A stretch of DNA of 62,158 nucleotides from Candidatus Magasanikiibacteriota bacterium (GTDB lineage: Bacteria > Patescibacteriota > Patescibacteriia > Magasanikbacterales > UBA922): positions 1-62,158 of the forward strand of contig DAOOSC010000002.1 of assembly GCA_035389585.1 (NCBI GenBank). The letters run 5' to 3'. Below are positions 57,033 to 62,158 of the stretch, piece by piece (positions within the stretch are counted from its first letter, which is position 1; each line of letters opens with the position of its first letter). Below the pieces are notes generated by a model, which was given only the letters and a program-made list of their open reading frames with translations, did no database searches and was not told where the DNA came from. The position numbers and the translations under genes are program-made.

Positions 57033-57296
57033 ATGAAAAGAGAAAATAGAATTTCAATCGGCGATCTGGCGATTGCTGAATACGGCAACGATAAAATAAA
57101 AAAAGTAGAAATAAACATTAGTCAGTTAGAAAAAGAGATTGATTTGTTGCGTAAAAAATTTAATCAAATCAGGAGTTTCGAAATCGAAGGGGATATTGAT
57201 GAGGTTGGCGATGAATTGAGCAAAAAACTTGAAGAATTGAAAATTGCGCAGGGGGATTTGCGCGCCCTTGCGAATAGGTTGGATCTAAAAAAATAA
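57033..57296 (+). CDS. small coiled-coil protein
   Basis: 87 aa from the ATG at 57033, 1 nt after the preceding stop. Heptad-like charged sequence. Confidence 0.45.
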   Translation: MKRENRISIGDLAIAEYGNDKIKKVEINISQLEKEIDLLRKKFNQIRSFEIEGDIDEVGDELSKKLEELKIAQGDLRALANRLDLKK

Positions 57297-57365
57297 CCCC
57301 TACTTCATCTAAAAGTGAAGGAGGGGCTTTCCTCACGTCTCGCGAGAAGGGGGTGAGATCTGTCT

Positions 57366-57935
57366 CTATAGTCGGGGGCAGTATTCTGGGTGAGGAGTTT
57401 CGTCGATCACAGCGATCGGGTCGGGGGTTTTTGCCTCTTCTGCAATCGCTAGATACTGTTCGAATTCTTCGAGTTCTTGATCGGTGATCGGCGTTTTTGG
57501 ATTGATATGTCTCGGGATACTTCTCAGGATCCTTTCTGCGGTACTATCCGTGGAAATGTTCGCCGCCTTTTGGAGCATGGCGTTAATTTTGCTGGTAGGG
57601 TAGTAGTGCCATTTTTCGAACATTTCTCGTTCGGCATCGGTAAAGCTATTTTGTCCTTCGATCCAGTGTTTTCCATAGGCATGTGGGACATGGGCGCATG
57701 CGTCGAAAGTAGTTTCAGGTGCTTGCATTGTTATATCAATATGTCGAATGTGTATCCATGGGTTGCCAAAGCTATCATAGACTACCATGATATCATTCTC
57801 GGCATTCCACCGCAGTGCAAGCTCCGGCCTCTGGATCACATAGAGTCGGAAGCCGCGACCTTCCTCGTGTTCACCTGTAGCGGCGCGCACGAAACCGAGG
57901 AATTTCAAAACTCGAATCAGTCTGTTTGTTTCCAT
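57366..57935 (-). CDS. orphan hypothetical protein (cassette E)
   Basis: 189-aa ORF with its own promoter and a 5' UTR of about 95 nt. No recognisable domain. Confidence 0.6.
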   Translation of the reverse strand: METNRLIRVLKFLGFVRAATGEHEEGRGFRLYVIQRPELALRWNAENDIMVVYDSFGNPWIHIRHIDITMQAPETTFDACAHVPHAYGKHWIEGQNSFTDAEREMFEKWHYYPTSKINAMLQKAANISTDSTAERILRSIPRHINPKTPITDQELEEFEQYLAIAEEAKTPDPIAVIDETPHPEYCPRL

Positions 57936-58034
57936 TTTTTCCCTCTCGTTTGTTTGTGTTGAAATGAGCTAAATGAAATTTCCAATCATTGCGGCCAATC
58001 TTGGTCGTAATGATCGGAAGTTGTTGATGGTGGG

Positions 58035-58063
58035 AATATAGCCCAAAATGGCCATTTTGTCAA
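58035..58063 (-). promoter_or_regulatory. sigma70 promoter of cassette E
   Basis: Minus strand: ttgaca (58063-58058), 17 nt, tatatt (58040-58035). Confidence 0.55.
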
Positions 58064-58079
58064 TGTGGTATGTTGAAAA

Positions 58080-58937
58080 CTAACCTATTTTCACCCTGAC
58101 CACTCTGTCCATTCCGCACAAATCTTTGTGGATATGCGCTTGACCTGTGGGGAAAGATTTTGCTAGCAATTTCTCTATTGCGGTGGTTTGTCCGGGGTCG
58201 ATTTCGAGTAAAAGAGTGATTGTTGAGGCGGGGTTCAATTCTCTGATTTGTGAGCAAAGTTCTCGGTAGAGATCTAATCCGTCACAGTTGTCGGATATGA
58301 GAGCGGTTTTCGGTTCGTGTTTGATGGATTTTTCTTGTTCAAATTGGGCGCGAGTGAGGTAGGGGAGATTGGCCGCGATGATGATCTCCCCCCCGTTCAT
58401 TTTTCGGATATCATCGAACCACGGTTTGAGTAATCGACCATGTCTAAATTCAATTTTCACTTCATTTTGTTTAGCATTGTGTCGGGCTGTACGTAGTGTA
58501 CTGTGGAAGATATCGGAAGCATGAACTGTTGCCTGCGAGAGTTGTGTCGCGAGCGCGACGGCAATGCACCCACTGCCAGTACCGATATCGAAAATGTGAA
58601 CTTTCTTTCCGTTTGCTATTTTAATAATTTCTTCAACCATTAATTCCGTTTCGGGACGAGGTATGAGTGTGTACTGATTCACTCGGAATTTCAATCCGAA
58701 AAACTCTTTTTCACCGGTGAGGTAAGCGATGGGAAAATTTTGTTTTCGCTTTTTGATCAGGTGTGAGAAATATCGTGCGCGCAAAAATGAAACAGCCTTT
58801 TCGGGGTGCGCGAAGATGTCCTCTCGAGGCACACCGCAGGCATAGGCGAGGAGAATTTCCGCTTCACCGCGATTTATTTTTTGTACCGCTTGGCGTAGAA
58901 GTTCCGTTCGCGATGGGCGGAAGAATTTCGTGTACAT
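58080..58937 (-). CDS. prmC: release factor glutamine methyltransferase PrmC/HemK
   Basis: SAM motif DIGTGSGCIAV, TLIPRPETE, and NLPY in place of the NPPY catalytic motif. Lies in the prfA neighbourhood. Confidence 0.85.
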   Translation of the reverse strand: MYTKFFRPSRTELLRQAVQKINRGEAEILLAYACGVPREDIFAHPEKAVSFLRARYFSHLIKKRKQNFPIAYLTGEKEFFGLKFRVNQYTLIPRPETELMVEEIIKIANGKKVHIFDIGTGSGCIAVALATQLSQATVHASDIFHSTLRTARHNAKQNEVKIEFRHGRLLKPWFDDIRKMNGGEIIIAANLPYLTRAQFEQEKSIKHEPKTALISDNCDGLDLYRELCSQIRELNPASTITLLLEIDPGQTTAIEKLLAKSFPTGQAHIHKDLCGMDRVVRVKIG

Positions 58938-60420
58938 AATAATTTATAGAATGGTTTTTGGTGAATTCGTCATTATTGCGTCCTGTATAGCGCCAGCCCA
59001 TTTGGAGGAGTACGGTGACGGCGTGACTCGGGTTTTCGCACGGCTCGATGAAAAATATTTTATCAATTTGTTTGGTTTCCGCTTGTTTGCAGTACCATTT
59101 TTGGAGATCTTCGTCAGAGATGGTGATTTTTTGCCAGTTATATCGCGCGATTCGCTCATCCATACTTAATTGGTCATCGGTCGGGTAAGCGCCGACAATT
59201 TCTCCGGGACCATGATAATATCTACCCCAAGTGAGAATTTCATTGAAGGGATTTATCATAATTACGGATTTGTCGGTGGCTCTTTTTTCGATGTAATTCA
59301 CAATGTTTCTCGGATCGAGAGTGGGGGACATGAGCGCGGGCAGGCTGGTGGTGAAAGGTACGATGAGTAATATGGCATAGAAACCAAAACGTAATTTGGC
59401 ATCAGTAATTCTTTTGCCAAACGCGGCGAGAATAATTGCGATGGCTGGCAAACAAAAATTAAAAAATTTGGGAATGTAATGACCGAAACAGGCCGCTATA
59501 ATGATGGGGAAAATCGCCCAAGCGAGGATTGTCCAATGTTTGAGTGGGGGTTTTTCGAAGGTGAATAGTTTAATGATGAAAAAAAAGAAGGCTCCCGCGC
59601 AAATTATTCCGAAGACCATTAGGCCGGTAGCGGGGGTAGAGGTATTGGTAAATAGGGAAGTGACTGACATGAGGATATTTCCATCGTACTTACTCGCGGT
59701 TGAGAAATACCAGCCATTGATTAGTCCGCTGTTCATTTTTTGTAGGATCGATGGTATGAACCAGATGAGGAACAGCGCTCCAGATAAAAACAGGGTAAAG
59801 AGTAGTTTTTTGAGAGAATTTTTTGTAATAATGTTCTGGTGATAGGCGAGGAAAATAATCAGGAAATGAATCGGTATGAGCGCGAGTATTGTGAGGTGGG
59901 AATAGAGTGAAAGTAAAATAATCAGTCCATAAAGAGCGATCAGTGTATTCGAGACAGCGCGTCCAGATATGATGCGTAAAAGTGAGAGAAAACCAAGCGT
60001 CGTAAGTAAGCACAATAGGGCATAAATGCGAGTTTCCGCACTGAAATAAATATGGTTCTGGGATAGGGCAATGAGTGCTGTAGCGATGAAAGCAGTCGAT
60101 TTCTCGAGTTCGCACTGTCGAGCTATCACGTAGGTGAGAGGAATACAGGCTGTGCCGACGAGTAGAGAGAGAAGTCGAACGGTGGTCGCGCCTTCACCGA
60201 AGAGGTGAATAATACCGCGCAAAATAAGTGTGTGTAAGAAAGGATTGGTCTCGATTATCCAGTATTTCCAAGTCTCTGCCCAGGAAGGTATCGAAGAGAA
60301 GTGCACGCTCCAAGCCTCGTCGAACCAAAACGGACCACGATTCAGCAAAAAAATCAGACGCAATAAAAAACCGCCGAGAGTAATCAGGGTGAGGATGATA
60401 ATCGTTCGGCGTTTAGTCAT
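58864..60420 (-). CDS. glycosyltransferase family 39 (ArnT/PMT-like) membrane protein
   Basis: 518 aa, more than 10 TMs. First-loop motif GPFWFDEAWS is typical of GT-C/GT39 enzymes. The 3' end overlaps the prmC start by 74 nt. Confidence 0.8.
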   Translation of the reverse strand: MTKRRTIIILTLITLGGFLLRLIFLLNRGPFWFDEAWSVHFSSIPSWAETWKYWIIETNPFLHTLILRGIIHLFGEGATTVRLLSLLVGTACIPLTYVIARQCELEKSTAFIATALIALSQNHIYFSAETRIYALLCLLTTLGFLSLLRIISGRAVSNTLIALYGLIILLSLYSHLTILALIPIHFLIIFLAYHQNIITKNSLKKLLFTLFLSGALFLIWFIPSILQKMNSGLINGWYFSTASKYDGNILMSVTSLFTNTSTPATGLMVFGIICAGAFFFFIIKLFTFEKPPLKHWTILAWAIFPIIIAACFGHYIPKFFNFCLPAIAIILAAFGKRITDAKLRFGFYAILLIVPFTTSLPALMSPTLDPRNIVNYIEKRATDKSVIMINPFNEILTWGRYYHGPGEIVGAYPTDDQLSMDERIARYNWQKITISDEDLQKWYCKQAETKQIDKIFFIEPCENPSHAVTVLLQMGWRYTGRNNDEFTKNHSINYYVHEILPPIANGTSTPSGTKNKSR

Positions 60421-60434
60421 ATTTGGTTGGTTTT

Positions 60435-61529
60435 TTAGTCTTCATCTTCGCTGTCCTCCGAATTTGTCGGCGAATTATTCTCCGCTCCATAATCAGCGCG
60501 TCGTAATGCTTCAATTATACCATCAATTTCACCATCCATAATAGTGGGGATATTGTTCCAGCTAGTATGAATACGGTGATCGGTGATCCGATCCTGAGGA
60601 AAATTGTAGGTGCGAATTTTTTCACTGCGGTCTGAATTACCGATTTGGCTTTTGCGTTTCGCATCGAGTGCGGCCATTTTTTTCTCACGTTCCATTTCAT
60701 ACAGACGAGCTCGGAGAACATTCATCGCCTTCAATTTGTTTTGGGCTTGGGAGCGTTCGTCTTGACATTGTACGACGACATTGGTCGGGATGTGGGTAAT
60801 TCGAACGGCCGAATAGGTCGTATTGACGGATTGGCCACCGTGTCCGCCAGCGCAGAAAGTATCTAGGCGCAGATCGCTCTGGTTGATTGCCATTTCGGTC
60901 TCTTCGATTTCTGGCAGGATCGCCACCGAAGCAGTAGAAGTATGGACTCGGCCAGCTTTTTCGGTCTCTGGGACACGTTGCACGCGATGAACTCCCATTT
61001 CATACTTCATATCACGATAGACATCGCGTCCGTCGATGGAGAAAATCACTTCTTTGAATCCACCAATACCGATTTCGCTGGCTGAGATCAGTCTGGTTTT
61101 CCAACCCTTTTTCTCGGCATAGCGCATATACATGCGCATCAGTTCGCCAGCGAACAGAGCGGCTTCATCACCACCAGCGCCCGCGCGAATTTCGGCAATC
61201 ACGTTTTTGCTGTCCATCGGATCATGCGGTCTCGTCAATTCAAGTAATTCGGTTTCTAATTCGGCTACTCGTTTTTCAGTTTGGGTGATTTCTGTTCGGG
61301 CCATTTCGGTCAATTCTGGATCGGAATTATCCTGAAGTATTTTTTGTGCGTCTACCAGAGCCCTCTCATTCACTTCGAGCTCTTTGATTTTTTCGATCGT
61401 AGCGCCCATTTCATTGTATTCTTGGGAGACTGATTTGAGTCTGGCTGGGTTCGCCAATGTCGCCGGATCGCCCAAAGACGCTTCCAGTTCGGCAAACCGG
61501 TTTTTTAATTTTAGATATTTTTCTTGCAT
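60435..61529 (-). CDS. prfA: peptide chain release factor 1
   Basis: GGQ motif ([11 protein letters not shown]). PxT-type tripeptide (RVPETE). Acidic C-terminal tail. Confidence 0.93.
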   Translation of the reverse strand: MQEKYLKLKNRFAELEASLGDPATLANPARLKSVSQEYNEMGATIEKIKELEVNERALVDAQKILQDNSDPELTEMARTEITQTEKRVAELETELLELTRPHDPMDSKNVIAEIRAGAGGDEAALFAGELMRMYMRYAEKKGWKTRLISASEIGIGGFKEVIFSIDGRDVYRDMKYEMGVHRVQRVPETEKAGRVHTSTASVAILPEIEETEMAINQSDLRLDTFCAGGHGGQSVNTTYSAVRITHIPTNVVVQCQDERSQAQNKLKAMNVLRARLYEMEREKKMAALDAKRKSQIGNSDRSEKIRTYNFPQDRITDHRIHTSWNNIPTIMDGEIDGIIEALRRADYGAENNSPTNSEDSEDED

Positions 61530-61554
61530 AAGTTGGTTTAAAAGTTAATTTCAA

Positions 61555-61586
61555 ATAAAAACAGACTCACGAACCGTGAATCTGTT
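61555..61586 (-). terminator. intrinsic terminator after rpmE
   Basis: Minus strand: hairpin acagattcacg-gtt-cgtgagtctgt followed by a T-run. Confidence 0.65.
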
Positions 61587-61597
61587 TTTCAGAGTAA

Positions 61598-61900
61598 CTA
61601 TTTTGTAGCGTCTTTGGTCTCAGCAACCTTGGCGGCTTTTTTCGCGAGTGAGGCGACCTTCTTGGCCTTTTTACCTTTGCGAACACCAGCGGCCGCTTGG
61701 ACACGGCTAGCCTTTTCTTCGAATTTCTCCACACGGTGAGCGGTGTCAACAAATTTCTGTTTGCCAGTATAGAAAGGATGGCACTGATTGCAGAGCTCAA
61801 CACGAATTTCTGGCATGGTGGATCCCACCTCGAAGGTGTTTCCACAAGCGCAACTCACTTTTGCCTTTTCGTTGAATTTTGGATGAATATCTTTTTTCAT
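61598..61900 (-). CDS. rpmE: 50S ribosomal protein L31 (Cys-containing type) with a Lys/Ala-rich C-terminal extension
   Basis: [26 protein letters not shown]. 100 aa versus about 70 aa typical. Confidence 0.92.
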   Translation of the reverse strand: MKKDIHPKFNEKAKVSCACGNTFEVGSTMPEIRVELCNQCHPFYTGKQKFVDTAHRVEKFEEKASRVQAAAGVRKGKKAKKVASLAKKAAKVAETKDATK

Positions 61901-61957
61901 ATTGTCTGAACAGCCAGTTTAGTGGCCATTTTTGGCTAAATTATTAATGCGACTGGG

Positions 61958-61986
61958 ATTATATCACGATGGCGGTTTTTTGTCAA
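61958..61986 (-). promoter_or_regulatory. consensus sigma70 promoter of rpmE (extended -10)
   Basis: Minus strand: ttgaca (61986-61981), 17 nt ending in tga, tataat (61963-61958). Confidence 0.6.
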
Positions 61987-62158
61987 TAACTCCCGCACAA
62001 AATTAGCGAATGTATTGCTATTTACCGTGGGATGTAATAAAATAGAGACACTTTATAAACCCTCTCTCATAACCTAAAATTACCAAAAATTATACGATTT
62101 TTTAGCCAAAAAAGAGAAGGGTTGGTATAAAGGTAGTTTTTCGCAATCGTTAATTCTC

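Noticed and set aside
58864-58937. Possible frameshifted or pseudogenised junction between the GT39 gene and prmC.
   Set aside because: Both reading frames are intact and both proteins have family-typical lengths. It is kept as a genuine overlap to be verified rather than called a pseudogene.

Overview
This 62-kb chromosomal segment comes from a moderately AT-rich bacterium that uses the standard code (TGA terminates recQ and pilB). I call about 62 CDS, one complete tRNA-Trp and the 3' part of a tRNA-Ser. There is no rRNA, CRISPR array, transposase or integrase.

Most genes are housekeeping:
- Replication and repair: recQ, ung, ruvA, gyrA, gyrB.
- Translation: rpsB-tsf, rpsA, trpS, thrS, gatB, miaB-miaA, rplA, rplK, rplY, rpmE, prfA, prmC.
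- Transcription and secretion: secE-nusG, ftsH, a SEDS protein, a PilB-type ATPase.
- Transport: a livKHMGF-type ABC transporter.
- Metabolism: L-lactate dehydrogenase.

The gene content suggests a small-genome Patescibacteria/CPR-like organism. This rests on many short polytopic or anchored hypothetical membrane proteins, a double-length ThyX, fermentative LDH, broken-up classical operons and extended ribosomal protein tails. It is inference only.

I found no obvious complete novel multi-gene system. The items most worth a second look are:
1. A roughly 310-nt T-box-like leader with non-canonical architecture in front of thrS.
2. A tRNA-Trp / Cys-motif TrpRS / atypical PLP-decarboxylase block, in which the decarboxylase has foreign-looking codon usage.
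3. A long minus-strand dTTP-synthesis operon (dCMP deaminase, P-loop kinase, dUTPase, ThyX, Tmk) interrupted by a Bro-N/DinD-like gene and a GC-rich repeat.
4. A tandemly duplicated divergent pair of substrate-binding protein and TrmB regulator.
5. Five self-contained orphan gene cassettes, each with its own near-consensus promoter and four of the five with a strong SD and their own terminator hairpin, wedged between or into housekeeping operons.
6. A bipartite GC-rich repeat with two copies in the window.

All coordinates for RNA structures and promoters were derived by eye. They should be verified computationally.
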